Assembly (NCBI RefSeq): GCF_009914755.1
Contig: NC_060939.1
DNA: 64,000 bases
Source: the human T2T-CHM13v2.0 reference genome, Homo sapiens
Strand: one strand, 5' to 3'
Of this stretch, positions 27,700 through 43,200 are shown piece by piece (the stretch's first letter is position 1; each line of letters begins with the position of its first letter). The notes below the pieces were generated by a model. The model searched no databases and had not been told where the DNA came from. It saw nothing but the letters and a program-made list of their open reading frames with translations. Both the position numbers and the translations under genes were made by a program.

Positions 27700-30600
27700 T
27701 TGAGTCCATTCAATTCCATTCCTTTCGTTTCCATTCCATTTGATGCCATTCCATTCAATTCTGTTCTACTCGACTCCAATACATTCAATTCCATTCCATC
27801 CGATTCCATTACATTCTTTTCATTTCTTATCCATTTCAAGCCATTCCACTCCATTCCATTCCACTCGTTTCCTTTCCATTCGAGTCCATTCCTCTCCAGT
27901 CCATTCCGTTCAATCCATTCCATTCCAGTCCATTCCATTCGAGTCCGTTCCATTCCAGTCCAATCCATTCGAGTCAATTCCATTCCATTCGATGTCTTTC
28001 CATAACGATCCATTCCATTCTATTCCTTTCGATTCCATTCCATTCTATTTCATTCCATTCGATTCCCTTCCATTGGACTCCTTTCCATTCGAGTGCATTC
28101 CATTCCGTTCCATTTCTTTCCGTTCTGTACGATTCCTACCGTTCGATTTCATTTTGTTCCAGTCCATTCCTTTCGCGTCCATTCCATTCCATTTCACTCC
28201 ATTCGATTCCATTCCACTCGATTCCACTTCGTTCCATTTCATTGCATTCCATTCTATTCAACTCTATTGCCTTCCATTCCATTCCATTCGATTACATTCC
28301 ATGCGATTCCATTCGAAATCGAATCAATTACATTGCAATCCATTACTATTGAGTCCATTTTATTCCAGTCCACTGCATTCTGGTCCATTCCATTTGATTC
28401 CATTCCATTCTATTCCATTCCATACAGTTGCATTCCATTGGATTCCATTCTATATCTATAAATTCAATTCGAGACCATTGCTTTTGAATCCATTCTATAT
28501 GATTCCATTCCATTCAAGTCCATTACATTTGGTTCAATTCCATTCCATTCCATTCCCTTCCATTCCATTCCAGTTGATATCAATCCATTCGATTCCATTC
28601 CATTCGAGCACATTCCATTCGAGTCCATTCCATTCGATGCCATTCCATTTGATTCTATTCCATTAGTCTCCATTCAATTCCATTAATCTCCATTCCATTC
28701 CACTCTACTCCAACTGATTCCATTCCATTCTATTCCTTTCCATTCCATTTCATTCCATTCCATTCCATTCCATTCCATTCCATTCGCTTCCATTCCATTC
28801 GTGTCCATTCCACTCCAGTCCATTCCATTCGTGTCCATTCCATTCCAGTCCATTCCATTTGTGTCCACTGCATTCCATTCCACTCCATTCCATATTATTC
28901 CATTACACTCCATTCCATTCTATTACTTTCATTTCCATTCAATTCCGTTCCATTTGATTCCATTCCACTCGGTTTCGTTCCATTTGAGTCCACTCCATTC
29001 CATTCCATTCCATTCCATTCAGTTCCATTCCATTCTGTTCCATTCCATTCCGTTCCATTGCATTCCATTCCATTCGGTACCATTCCATATTGTTCCATTC
29101 GATTCCATTCGAATCCATTCCATTCCAGTCCATTCCATTCGATTCCATTCCATTCCTTTCAATTCCATTCCATTCCATTCCATTCCACTTGATTCCACTC
29201 CATTCCCTTCCACTGCATTCCATTCGATTCCATTCCATTGCATTGCATTCCATTCCATTGGACTGCATTCCATTCGATTCCATTCCATTCGAATCAATTA
29301 CATAGCAATCCATTACATTCGGGTCTATTCTATTCCGTTCCATTTGATTTCATTCCAATCCATTCGATTCCATTCCATACTATTGCATTCCATTCTACTA
29401 CATTATATTCCAATAAGTTCCATTCAAGACCATTTCTTTTGAGTCCATTCTATTTGAGTCCATTCTATTTGAATCCATTCCCTTTGATTCCATAACATTT
29501 GAGTCCATTCAATTCCATTCCTTTCGTTTCCATTCCATTTGATGCCATTCCATTCAATTCTGTTCTACTCGACTCCAATACATTCAATTCCATTCCATCC
29601 GATTCCATTACATTCTTTTCATTTCTTATCCATTTCAAGCCATTCCACTCCATTCCATTCCACTCGTTTCCTTTCAATTCGAGTCCATTCCTCTCCAGTC
29701 CATTCCGTTCAATCCATTCCATTCCAGTCCATTCCATTCGAGTCCGTTCCATTCCAGTCCATTCCATTCGAGTCAATTCCATTCCATTCGATGTCTTTCC
29801 ATAACGATCCATTCCATTCTATTCCTTTCGATTCCATTCCATTCTATTTCATTCCATTCGATTCCCTTCCATTGGACTCCTTTCCATTCGAGTGCATTCG
29901 ATTCCGTTCCATTTCTTTCCGTTCTGTACGATTCCTACCGTTCGATTTCATTTTGTTCCAGTCCATTCCTTTCGCGTCCATTCCATTCCATTTCACTCCA
30001 TTCGATTCCATTCCACTCGATTCCACTTCGTTCCATTTCATTGCATTCCATTCTATTCAACTCTATTGCCTTCCATTCCATTCCATTCGATTACATTCCA
30101 TGCGATTCCATTCGAAATCGAATCAATTACATTGCAATCCATTACTATTGAGTCCGTTTTATTCCAGTCCACTGCATTCTGGTCCATTCCATTTGATTCC
30201 ATTCCATTTTATTCCATTCCATACAGTTGCATTCCATTGGATTCCATGCTATATCTATAAATTCAATTCGAGACCATTGCTTTTGAGTCCATTCTATATG
30301 ATTCCATTCCATTCAAGTCCATTACATTTGGTTCAATTCCATTCCATTCCATTCCCTTCCATTCCATTCCAGTTGATATCAATCCATTCGATTCCATTCC
30401 ATTCGAGCACATTCCTTTCGAGTCCATTCCATTCGATGCCATTCCATTTGATTCTATTCCATTAGTCTCCATTCAATTCCATTAATCTCCATTCCATTCC
30501 ATTCTACTCCAACTGATTCCATTCCATTCTATTCCTTTCCATTCCATTTCATTCCATTCCATTCCATTTCATTCCATTCCATTCCATTCGCTTCCATTCC

Positions 30601-33600
30601 ATTCGTGTCCATTCCACTCCAGTCCATTCCATTCGTGTCCATTCCATTCCAGTCCATTCCATTTGTGTCCACTGCATTCCATTCCACTCCATTCCATATT
30701 ATTCCATTACACTCCATTCCATTCTATTACTTTCATTTCCATTCAATTCCATTCCATTTGATTCCATTCCACTCGGTTTCATTCCATTTGAGTCCACTCC
30801 ATTCCATTCCATTCCATTCCATTCAGTTCCATTCCATTCTGTTCCATTCCATTCCGTTCCATTGCATTCCATTCCATTCGGTACCATTCCATATTGTTCC
30901 ATTCGATTCCATTCGAATCCATTCCATTCCAGTCCATTCCATTCGATTCCATTCCATTCCTTTCAATTCCATTCCATTCCATTCCATTCCACTTGATTCC
31001 ACTCCATTCCCTTCCACTGCATTCCATTCGATTCCATTCCATTGCATTGCATTCCATTCCATTGGACTGCATTCCATTCGATTCCATTCCATTCGAATCA
31101 ATTACATAGCAATCCATTACATTCGAGTCTATTCTATTCCGTTCCATTCGATTTCGTTCCAATCCATTCGATTCCATTCCATTCGATTCCATTCCATACT
31201 ATTGCATTCCATTCGATTACATTATATTCGAATAAGTTCCATTCAAGACCATTTCTTTTGAGTCCATTCTATTTGAGTCCATTCCCTTTGATTCCATAAC
31301 ATTTGAGTCCATTCAATTTCATTCCTTTCGTTTCCATTCCATTTGATGCCATTCCATTCAATTCTGTTCTACTCGACTCCAATACATTCAATTCCATTCC
31401 ATCCGATTCCATTACATTCTTTTCATTTCTTATCCATTTCAAGCCATTCCACTCCATTCCATTCCACTCGTTTCCTTTCCATTCGAGTCCATTCCTCTCC
31501 AGTCCATTCCGTTCAATCCATTCCATTCCAGTCCATTCCATTCGAGTCCGTTCCATTCCAGTCCAATCCATTCGAGTCAATTCCATCCCATTCGATGTCT
31601 TTCCATAACGATCCATTCCATTCTATTCCTTTCGATTCCATTCCATTCTATTTCATTCCATTCGATTCCCTTCCATTGGACTCCTTTCCATTCGAGTGCA
31701 TTCCATTCCGTTCCATTTCTTTCCGTTCTGTACGATTCCTACCGTTCGATTTCATTTTGTTCCAGTCCATTCCTTTCGCGTCCATTCCATTCCATTTCAC
31801 TCCATTCGATTCCATTCCACTCGATTCCACTTCGTTCCATTTCATTGCATTCCATTCTATTCAACTCTATTGCCTTCCATTCCATTCCATTCGATTACAT
31901 TCCATGCGATTCCATTCGAAATCGAATCAATTACATTGCAATCCATTACTATTGAGTCCATTTTATTCCAGTCCACTGCATTCTGGTCCATTCCATTTGA
32001 TTCCATTCCATTCTATTCCATTCCATACAGTTGCATTCCATTGGATTCCATTCTATATCTATAAATTCAATTCGAGACCATTGCTTTTGAATCCATTCTA
32101 TATGATTCCATTCCATTCAAGTCCATTACATTTGGTTCAATTCCATTCCATTCCATTCCCTTCCATTCCATTCCAGTTGATATCAATCCATTCGATTCCA
32201 TTCCATTCGAGCACATTCCATTCGAGTCCATTCCATTCGATGCCATTCCATTTGATTCTATTCCATTAGTCTCCATTCAATTCCATTAATCTCCATTCCA
32301 TTCCACTCTACTCCAACTGATTCCATTCCATTCTATTCCTTTCCATTCCATTTCATTCCATTCCATTCCATTCCATTCCATTCCATTCGCTTCCATTCCA
32401 TTCGTGTCCATTCCACTCCAGTCCATTCCATTCGTGTCCATTCCATTCCAGTCCATTCCATTTGTGTCCACTGCATTCCATTCCACTCCATTCCATATTA
32501 TTCCATTACACTCCATTCCATTCTATTACTTTCATTTCCATTCAATTCCGTTCCATTTGATTCCATTCCACTCGGTTTCGTTCCATTTGAGTCCACTCCA
32601 TTCCATTCCATTCCATTCCATTCAGTTCCATTCCATTCTGTTCCATTCCATTCCGTTCCATTGCATTCCATTGCATTCGGTACCATTCCATATTGTTCCA
32701 TTCGATTCCATTCGAATCCATTCCATTCCAGTCCATTCCATTCGATTCCATTCCATTCCTTTCAATTCCATTCCATTCCATTCCATTCCACTTGATTCCA
32801 CTCCATTCCCTTCCACTGCATTCCATTCGATTCCATTCCATTGCATTGCATTCCATTCCATTGGACTGCATTCCATTCGATTCCATTCCATTCGAATCAA
32901 TTACATAGCAATCCATTACATTCGGGTCTATTCTATTCCGTTCCATTTGATTTCATTCCAATCCATTCGATTCCATTCCATACTATTGCATTCCATTCTA
33001 CTACATTATATTCCAATAAGTTCCATTCAAGACCATTTCTTTTGAGTCCATTCTATTTGAGTCCATTCTATTTGAATCCATTCCCTTTGATTCCATAACA
33101 TTTGAGTCCATTCAATTCCATTCCTTTCGTTTCCATTCCATTTGATGCCATTCCATTCAATTCTGTTCTACTCGACTCCAATACATTCAATTCCATTCCA
33201 TCCGATTCCATTACATTCTTTTCATTTCTTATCCATTTCAAGCCATTCCACTCCATTCCATTCCACTCGTTTCCTTTCAATTCGAGTCCATTCCTCTCCA
33301 GTCCATTCCGTTCAATCCATTCCATTCCAGTCCATTCCATTCGAGTCCGTTCCATTCCAGTCCATTCCATTCGAGTCAATTCCATTCCATTCGATGTCTT
33401 TCCATAACGATCCATTCCATTCTATTCCTTTCGATTCCATTCCATTCTATTTCATTCCATTCGATTCCCTTCCATTGGACTCCTTTCCATTCGAGTGCAT
33501 TCCATTCCGTTCCATTTCTTTCCGTTCTGTACGATTCCTACCGTTCGATTTCATTTTGTTCCAGTCCATTCCTTTCGCGTCCATTCCATTCCATTTCACT

Positions 33601-36600
33601 CCATTCGATTCCATTCCACTCGATTCCACTTCGTTCCATTTCATTGCATTCCATTCTATTCAACTCTATTGCCTTCCATTCCATTCCATTCGATTACATT
33701 CCATGCGATTCCATTCGAAATCGAATCAATTACATTGCAATCCATTACTACTGAGTCCGTTTTATTCCAGTCCACTGCATTCTGGTCCATTCCATTTGAT
33801 TCCATTCCATTTTATTCCATTCCATACAGTTGCATTCCATTGGATTCCATGCTATATCTATAAATTCAATTCGAGACCATTGCCTTTGAGTCCATTCTAT
33901 ATGATTCCATTCCATTCAAGTCCATTACATTTGGTTCAATTCCATTCCATTCCATTCCCTTCCATTCCATTCCAGTTGATATCAATCCATTCGATTCCAT
34001 TCCATTCGAGCACATTCCATTCGAGTCCATTCCATTCGATGCCATTCCATTTGATTCTATTCCATTAGTCTCCATTCAATTCCATTAATCTCCATTCCAT
34101 TCCATTCTACTCCAACTGATTCCATTCCATTCTATTCCTTTCCATTCCATTTCATTCCATTCCATTCCATTCGCTTCCATTCCATTCGTGTCCATTCCAC
34201 TCCAGTCCATTCCATTCGTATCCATTCCATTCCAGTCCATTCCATTTGTGTCCACTGCATTCCATTCCACTCCATTCCATATTATTCCATTATACTCCAT
34301 TCCATTCTATTACTTTCATTTCCATTCAATTCCATTCCATTTGATTCCATTCCACTCGGTTTCATTCCATTTGAGTCCACTCCATTCCATTCCATTCCAT
34401 TCCATTCAGTTCCATTCCATTCTGTTCCATTCCATTCCGTTCCATTGCATTCCATTCCATTCGGTACCATTCCATATTGTTCCATTCGATTCCATTCGAA
34501 TCCATTCCATTCCAGTCCATTCCATTCGATTCCATTCCATTCCTTTCAATTCCATTCCATTCCATTCCATTCCACTTGATTCCACTCCATTCCCTTCCAC
34601 TGCATTCCATTCGATTCCATTCCATTGCATTGCATTCCATTCCATTGGACTGCATTCCATTCGATTCCATTCCATTCGAATCAATTACATAGCAATCCAT
34701 TACATTCGAGTCTATTCTATTCCGTTCCATTCGATTTCGTTCCAATCCATTCGATTCCATTCCATTCGATTCCATTCCATACTATTGCATTCCATTCGAT
34801 TACATTATATTCGAATAAGTTCCATTCAAGACCATTTCTTTTGAGTCCATTCTATTTGAGTCCATTCCCTTTGATTCCATAACATTTGAGTCCATTCAAT
34901 TCCATTCCTTTCGTTTCCATTCCATTTGATGCCATTCCATTCAATTCTGTTCTACTCGACTCCAATACATTCAATTCCATTCCATCCGATTCCATTACAT
35001 TCTTTTCATTTCTTATCCATTTCAAGCCATTCCACTCCATTCCATTCCACTCGTTTCCTTTCCATTCGAGTCCATTCCTCTCCAGTCCATTCCGTTCAAT
35101 CCATTCCATTCCAGTCCATTCCATTCGAGTCCGTTCCATTCCAGTCCAATCCATTCGAGTCAATTCCATCCCATTCGATGTCTTTCCATAACGATCCATT
35201 CCATTCTATTCCTTTCGATTCCATTCCATTCTATTTCATTCCATTCGATTCCCTTCCATTGGACTCCTTTCCATTCGAGTGCATTCCATTCCGTTCCATT
35301 TCTTTCCGTTCTGTACGATTCCTACCGTTCGATTTCATTTTGTTCCAGTCCATTCCTTTCGCGTCCATTCCATTCCATTTCACTCCATTCGATTCCATTC
35401 CACTCGATTCCACTTCGTTCCATTTCATTGCATTCCATTCTATTCAACTCTATTGCCTTCCATTCCATTCCATTCGATTACATTCCATGCGATTCCATTC
35501 GAAATCGAATCAATTACATTGCAATCCATTACTATTGAGTCCATTTTATTCCAGTCCACTGCATTCTGGTCCATTCCATTTGATTCCATTCCATTCTATT
35601 CCATTCCATACAGTTGCATTCCATTGGATTCCATTCTATATCTATAAATTCAATTCGAGACCATTGCTTTTGAATCCATTCTATATGATTCCATTCCATT
35701 CAAGTCCATTACATTTGGTTCAATTCCATTCCATTCCATTCCCTTCCATTCCATTCCAGTTGATATCAATCCATTCGATTCCATTCCATTCGAGCACATT
35801 CCATTCGAGTCCATTCCATTCGATGCCATTCCATTTGATTCTATTCCATTAGTCTCCATTCAATTCCATTAATCTCCATTCCATTCCACTCTACTCCAAC
35901 TGATTCCATTCCATTCTATTCCTTTCCATTCCATTTCATTCCATTCCATTCCATTCCATTCCATTCCATTCGCTTCCATTCCATTCGTGTCCATTCCACT
36001 CCAGTCCATTCCATTCGTGTCCATTCCATTCCAGTCCATTCCATTTGTGTCCACTGCATTCCATTCCACTCCATTCCATATTATTCCATTACACTCCATT
36101 CCATTCTATTACTTTCATTTCCATTCAATTCCGTTCCATTTGATTCCATTCCACTCGGTTTCGTTCCATTTGAGTCCACTCCATTCCATTCCATTCCATT
36201 CCATTCAGTTCCATTCCATTCTGTTCCATTCCATTCCGTTCCATTGCATTCCATTCCATTCGGTACCATTCCATATTGTTCCATTCGATTCCATTCGAAT
36301 CCATTCCATTCCAGTCCATTCCATTCGATTCCATTCCATTCCTTTCAATTCCATTCCATTCCATTCCATTCCACTTGATTCCACTCCATTCCCTTCCACT
36401 GCATTCCATTCGATTCCATTCCATTGCATTGCATTCCATTCCATTGGACTGCATTCCATTCGATTCCATTCCATTCGAATCAATTACATAGCAATCCATT
36501 ACATTCGGGTCTATTCTATTCCGTTCCATTTGATTTCATTCCAATCCATTCGATTCCATTCCATACTATTGCATTCCATTCTACTACATTATATTCCAAT

Positions 36601-37000
36601 AAGTTCCATTCAAGACCATTTCTTTTGAGTCCATTCTATTTGAGTCCATTCTATTTGAATCCATTCCCTTTGATTCCATAACATTTGAGTCCATTCAATT
36701 CCATTCCTTTCGTTTCCATTCCATTTGATGCCATTCCATTCAATTCTGTTCTACTCGACTCCAATACATTCAATTCCATTCCATCCGATTCCATTACATT
36801 CTTTTCATTTCTTATCCATTTCAAGCCATTCCACTCCATTCCATTCCACTCGTTTCCTTTCCATTCGAGTCCATTCCTCTCCAGTCCATTCCGTTCAATC
36901 CATTCCATTCCAGTCCATTCCATTCGAGTCCGTTCCATTCCAGTCCATTCCATTCGAGTCAATTCCATTCCATTCGATGTCTTTCCATAACGATCCATTC
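27700..37000 (+). repeat. Alternating A/B units forming a ~3.6 kb dimeric superstructure, about 3 copies
   Basis: B markers (CGGGTCT, TATTCCAATAAG, duplicated GAGTCCATTCTATTT) at ~29320, ~32924, ~36506 alternate with A markers (CAGTCCAATCC, CCACTCTACT) at ~27960/28700, ~31560/32303, ~35145/35886. Confidence 0.88.
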
Positions 37001-40000
37001 CATTCTATTCCTTTCGATTCCATTCCATTCTATTTCATTCCATTCGATTCCCTTCCATTGGACTCCTTTCCATTCGAGTGCATTCCATTCCGTTCCATTT
37101 CTTTCCGTTCTGTACGATTCCTACCGTTCGATTTCATTTTGTTCCAGTCCATTCCTTTCGCGTCCATTCCATTCCATTTCACTCCATTCGATTCCATTCC
37201 ACTCGATTCCACTTCGTTCCATTTCATTGCATTCCATTTTATTCAACTCTATTGCCTTCCATTCCATTCCATTCGATTACATTCCATGCGATTCCATTCG
37301 AAATCGAATCAATTACATTGCAATCCATTACTATTGAGTCCGTTTTATTCCAGTCCACTGCATTCTGGTCCATTCCATTTGATTCCATTCCATTTTATTC
37401 CATTCCATACAGTTGCATTCCATTGGATTCCATGCTATATCTATAAATTCAATTCGAGACCATTGCTTTTGAGTCCATTCTATATGATTCCATTCCATTC
37501 AAGTCCATTACATTTGGTTCAATTCCATTCCATTCCATTCCCTTCCATTCCATTCCAGTTGATATCAATCCATTCGATTCCATTCCATTCGAGCACATTC
37601 CATTCGAGTCCATTCCATTCGATGCCATTCCATTTGATTCTATTCCATTAGTCTCCATTCAATTCCATTAATCTCCATTCCATTCCATTCTACTCCAACT
37701 GATTCCATTCCATTCTATTCCTTTCCATTCCATTTCATTCCATTCCATTCCATTTCATTCCATTCCATTCCATTCGTGTCCATTCCACTCCAGTCCATTC
37801 CATTCGTGTCCATTCCATTCCAGTCCATTCCATTTGTGTCCACTGCATTCCATTCCACTCCATTCCATATTATTCCATTATACTCCATTCCATTCTATTA
37901 CTTTCATTTCCATTCAATTCCATTCCATTTGATTCCATTCCACTCGGTTTCATTCCATTTGAGTCCACTCCATTCCATTCCATTCCATTCCATTCCATTC
38001 AGTTCCATTCCATTCTGTTCCATTCCATTCCGTTCCATTACATTCCATTCCATTCGGTACCATTCCATATTGTTCCATTCGATTCCATTCGAATCCATTC
38101 CATTCCAGTCCATTCCATTCGATTCCATTCCATTCATTTCAATTCCATTCCATTCCATTCCATTACATTCCACTTGATTCCTCTCCATTCCCTTCCACTG
38201 CATTCCGTTCGATTCCATTCCATTGCATTGCATTCCATTCCATTGGATTGCATTCCATTCGATTCCATTCCATTCGAATCAATTACATAGCAATCCATTA
38301 CATTCGAGTCTACTCTATTACGTTCCATTCGATTTCGTTCCAATCCATTCGATTCCATTCCATTCGATTCTATTCCATACTATTGCATTCCATTCTATTA
38401 CATTATATTCGAATAAGTTCCATTCAAGACCATTTCTTTTGAGTCCATTCTATTTGAGTCCATTCCCTTTGATTCCATAACATTTGAGTCCATTCAATTC
38501 CATTCCTTTCGTTCCCATTCCATTTGATGCCATTCCATTCAATTCTGTTCTACTCGACTCCAATACATTCAATTCCATTCCATCCGATTCCATTACATTC
38601 TTTTCATTTCTTATCCATTTCAAGCCATTCCACTCCATTCCATTCCACTCGTTTCCTTTCCATTCGAGTCCATTCCTCTCCAGTCCATTCCGTTCAATCC
38701 ATTCCATTCCAGTCCATTCCATTCGAGTCCGTTCCATTCCAGTCCATTCCATTCGAGTCAATTCCATTCCATTCGATGTCTTTCCATAACGATCCATTCC
38801 ATTCTATTCCTTTCGATTCCATTCCATTCTATTTCATTCCATTCGATTCCCTTCCATTGGACTCCTTTCCATTCGAGTGCATTCCATTCCGTTCCATTTC
38901 TTTCCGTTCTGTACGATTCCTACCGTTCGATTTCATTTTGTTCCAGTCCATTCTTTCGCGTCCATTCCATTCCATTTCACTCCATTCGATTCCATTCCAC
39001 TCGATTCCACTTCGTTCCATTTCATTGCATTCCATTCTATTCAACTCTATTGCCTTCCATTCCATTCCATTCGATTACATTCCATGCGATTCCATTCGAA
39101 ATCGAATCAATTACATTGCAATCCATTACTATTGAGTCCATTTTATTCCAGTCCACTGCATTCTGGTCCATTCCATTTGATTCCATTCCATTCTATTCCA
39201 TTCCATACAGTTGCATTCCATTGGATTCCATTCTATATCTTTAAATTCAATTCGAGACCATTGCTTTTGAGTCCATTCTATATGATTCCATTCCATTCAA
39301 GTCCATTACATTTGGTTCAATTCCATTCCATTCCATTCCCTTCCATTCCATTCCAGTTGATATCAATCCATTCGATTCCATTCCATTCGAGCACATTCCA
39401 TTCGAGTCCATTCCATTCGATGCCATTCCATTTGATTCTATTCCATTAGTCTCCATTCAATTCCATTAATCTCCATTCCATTCCATTCTACTCCAACTGA
39501 TTCCATTCCATTCTATTCCTTTCCGTTCCATTTCATTCCATTCCATTCCATTTCATTCCATTCCATTCCATTCCATTCCATTCGCTTCCATTCCATTCGT
39601 GTCCATTCCATTCCAGTCCATTCCATTTGTGTCCACTGCATTCCATTCCACTCCATTCCATATTATTCCATTACACTCCATTCCATTCTATTACTTTCAT
39701 TTCCATTCAATTCCATTCCATTTGATTCCATTCCACTCGGTTTCATTCCATTTGAGTCCACTCCATTCCATTCCATTCCATTCCATTCAGTTCCATTCCA
39801 TTCTGTTCCATTCCATTCCGTTCCATTACATTCCATTCCATTCGGTACCATTCCATATTGTTCCATTCGATTCCATTCGAATCCATTCCATTCCAGTCCA
39901 TTCCATTCGATTCCATTCCATTCATTTCGATTCCATTCCATTCCATTCCATTACATTCCACTTGATTCCTCTCCATTCCCTTCCACTGCATTCCGTTCGA

Positions 40001-40239
40001 TTCCATTCCATTGCATTGCATTCCATTCCATTGGATTGCATTCCATTCGATTCCATTCCATTCGAATCAATTACATAGCAATCCATTACATTCGAGTCTA
40101 TTCTATTCCGTTCCATTCGATTTCGTTCCAATCCATTCGATTCCATTCCATTCGATTCCATTCCATACTATTGCATTCCATTCGATTACATTATATTCGA
40201 ATAAGTTCCATTCAAGACCATTTCTTTTGAGTCCATTCT

Positions 40240-43200
40240 ATTTGAGTCCATTCCCTTTGATTCCATAACATTTGAGTCCATTCAATTCCATTCCTTTCGT
40301 TTCCATTCCATTTGATGCCATTCCATTCAATTCTGTTCTACTCGACTCCAATACATTCAATTCCATTCCATCCGATTCCATTACATTCTTTTCATTTCTT
40401 ATCCATTTCAAGCCATTCCACTCCATTCCATTCCACTCGTTTCCTTTCCATTCGAGTCCATTCCTCTCCAGTCCATTCCGTTCAATCCATTCCATTCCAG
40501 TCCATTCCATTCGAGTCCGTTCCATTCCAGTCCATTCCATTCGAGTCAATTCCATTCCATTCGATGTCTTTCCATAACGATCCATTCCATTCTATTCCTT
40601 TCGATTCCATTCCATTCTATTTCATTCCATTCGATTCCCTTCCATTGGACTCCTTTCCATTCGAGTGCATTCCATTCCGTTCCATTTCTTTCCGTTCTGT
40701 ACGATTCCTACCGTTCAATTTCATTTTGTTCCAGTCCATTCCTTTCGCGTCCATTCCATTCCATTTCACTCCATTCGATTCCATTCCACTCGATTCCACT
40801 TCGTTCCATTTCATTGCATTCCATTCTATTCATTCTATTGCCTTCCATTCCATTCCATTCGATTACATTCCATGCGATTCCATTCGAAATCGAAACAATT
40901 ACATTGCAATCCATTACTATTGAGTCCGTTTTATTCCAGTCCACTGCATTCTGGTCCATTCCATTTCATTCCACTCCATTCTATTCCATTCCATACAGTT
41001 GCATTCCATTGGATTCCATGCTATATCTATAAATTCAATTCGAGACCATTGCTTTTGAGTCCATTCTATATGATTCCATTCCATTCAAGTCCATTACATT
41101 TGGTTCAATTCCATTCCATTCCATTCCCTTCCATTCCATTCCATTTGATATCAATCCATTCGATTCCATTCCATTCGAGCACATTCCATTCGAGTCCATT
41201 CCATTCGATGCCATTCCATTTGATTCTATTCCATTAGTCTCCATTCAATTCCATTAATCTCCATTCCATTCCATTCTACTCCAACTGATTCCATTCCATT
41301 CTATTCCTTTCCATTCCATTTCACTCCATTCCATTCCATTTCATTCCATTCCATTCCATTCGTGTCCATTCCACTCCAGTCCATTCCATTCGTGTCCATT
41401 CCATTCCAGTCCATTCCATTTGTGTCCACTGCATTCCATTCCACTCCATTCCATATTATTCCATTACACTCCATTCCATTCTATTACTTTCATTTCCATT
41501 CAATTCCATTCCATTTGATTCCATTCCACTCGAATTCATTCCATTTGAGTCCACTCCATTCCATTCCATTCCATTCCATTCAGTTCCATTCCATTCTGTT
41601 CCATTCCATTCCGTTCCATTGCATTCCATTCCATTCGGTACCATTCCATATTGTTCCATTCGATTCCATTCGAATCCATTCCATTCCAGTCCATTCCATT
41701 CGATTCCATTCCATTCATTTCAATTCCATTCCATTCCATTCCATTCCGCTTGATTCCACTCCATTCCCTTCCACTGCATTCCATTGCATTGCATTCCATT
41801 CCATTGGATTGCATTCCATTCGATTCCATTCCATTCGAATCAATTACATAGCAATCCATTACATTCGAGTCTATTCTCTTCCGTTCCATTCGATTTCGTT
41901 CCAATCCATTCGATTCCATTCCATTCGATTCCATTCCATACTATTGCATTCCATTCGATTACATTATATTCGAATAAGTTCCATTCAAGACCATTTCTTT
42001 TGAGTCCATTCTATTTGAGTCCATTCCCTTTGATTCCATAACATTTGAGTCCATTCAATTCCATTCCTTTCGTTTCCATTCCATTTGATGCCATTCCATT
42101 CAATTCTGTTCTACTCGACTCCAATACATTCAATTCCATTCCATCCGATTCCATTACATTCTTTTCATTTCTTATCCATTTCAAGCCATTCCACTCCATT
42201 CCATTCCACTCGTTTCCTTTCCATTCGAGTCCATTCCTCTCCAGTCCATTCCGTTCAATCCATTCCATTCCAGTCCATTCCATTCGAGTCCGTTCCATTC
42301 CAGTCCATTCCATTCGAGTCAATTCCATTCCATTCGATGTCTTTCCATAACGATCCATTCCATTCTATTCCTTTCGATTCCATTCCATTCTATTTCATTC
42401 CATTCGATTCCCTTCCATTGGACTCCTTTCCATTCGAGTGCATTCCATTCCGTTCCATTTCTTTCCGTTCTGTACGATTCCTACCGTTCGATTTCATTTT
42501 GTTCCAGTCCATTCTTTCGCGTCCATTCCATTCCATTTCACTCCATTCGATTCCATTCCACTCGATTCCACTTCGTTCCATTTCATTGCATTCCATTCTA
42601 TTCAACTCTATTGCCTTCCATTCCATTCCATTCGATTACATTCCATGCGATTCCATTCGAAATCGAAACAATTACATTGCAATCCATTACTATTGAGTCC
42701 GTTTTATTCCAGTCCACTGCATTCTGGTCCATTCCATTTGATTCCATTCCATTCTATTCCATTCCATACAGTTGCATTCCATTGGATTCCATTCTATATC
42801 TATAAATTCAATTCGAGACCATTGCTTTTGAGTCCATTCTATATGATTCCATTCCATTCAAGTCCATTACATTTGGTTCAATTCCATTCCATTCCATTCC
42901 CTTCCATTCCATTCCAGTTGATATCAATCCATTCGATTCCATTCCATTCGAGCACATTCCATTCGAGTCCATTCCATTCGATGCCATTCCATTTGATTCT
43001 ATTCCATTAGTCTCCATTCAATTCCATTAATCTCCATTCCATTCCATTCTACTCCAACTGATTCCATTCCATTCTATTCCTTTCCATTCCATTTTATTCC
43101 ATTCCATTCCATTTCATTCCATTCCATTCCATTCGTGTCCATTCCACTCCAGTCCATTCCATTCGTGTCCATTCCATTCCAGTCCATTCCATTTGTGTCC

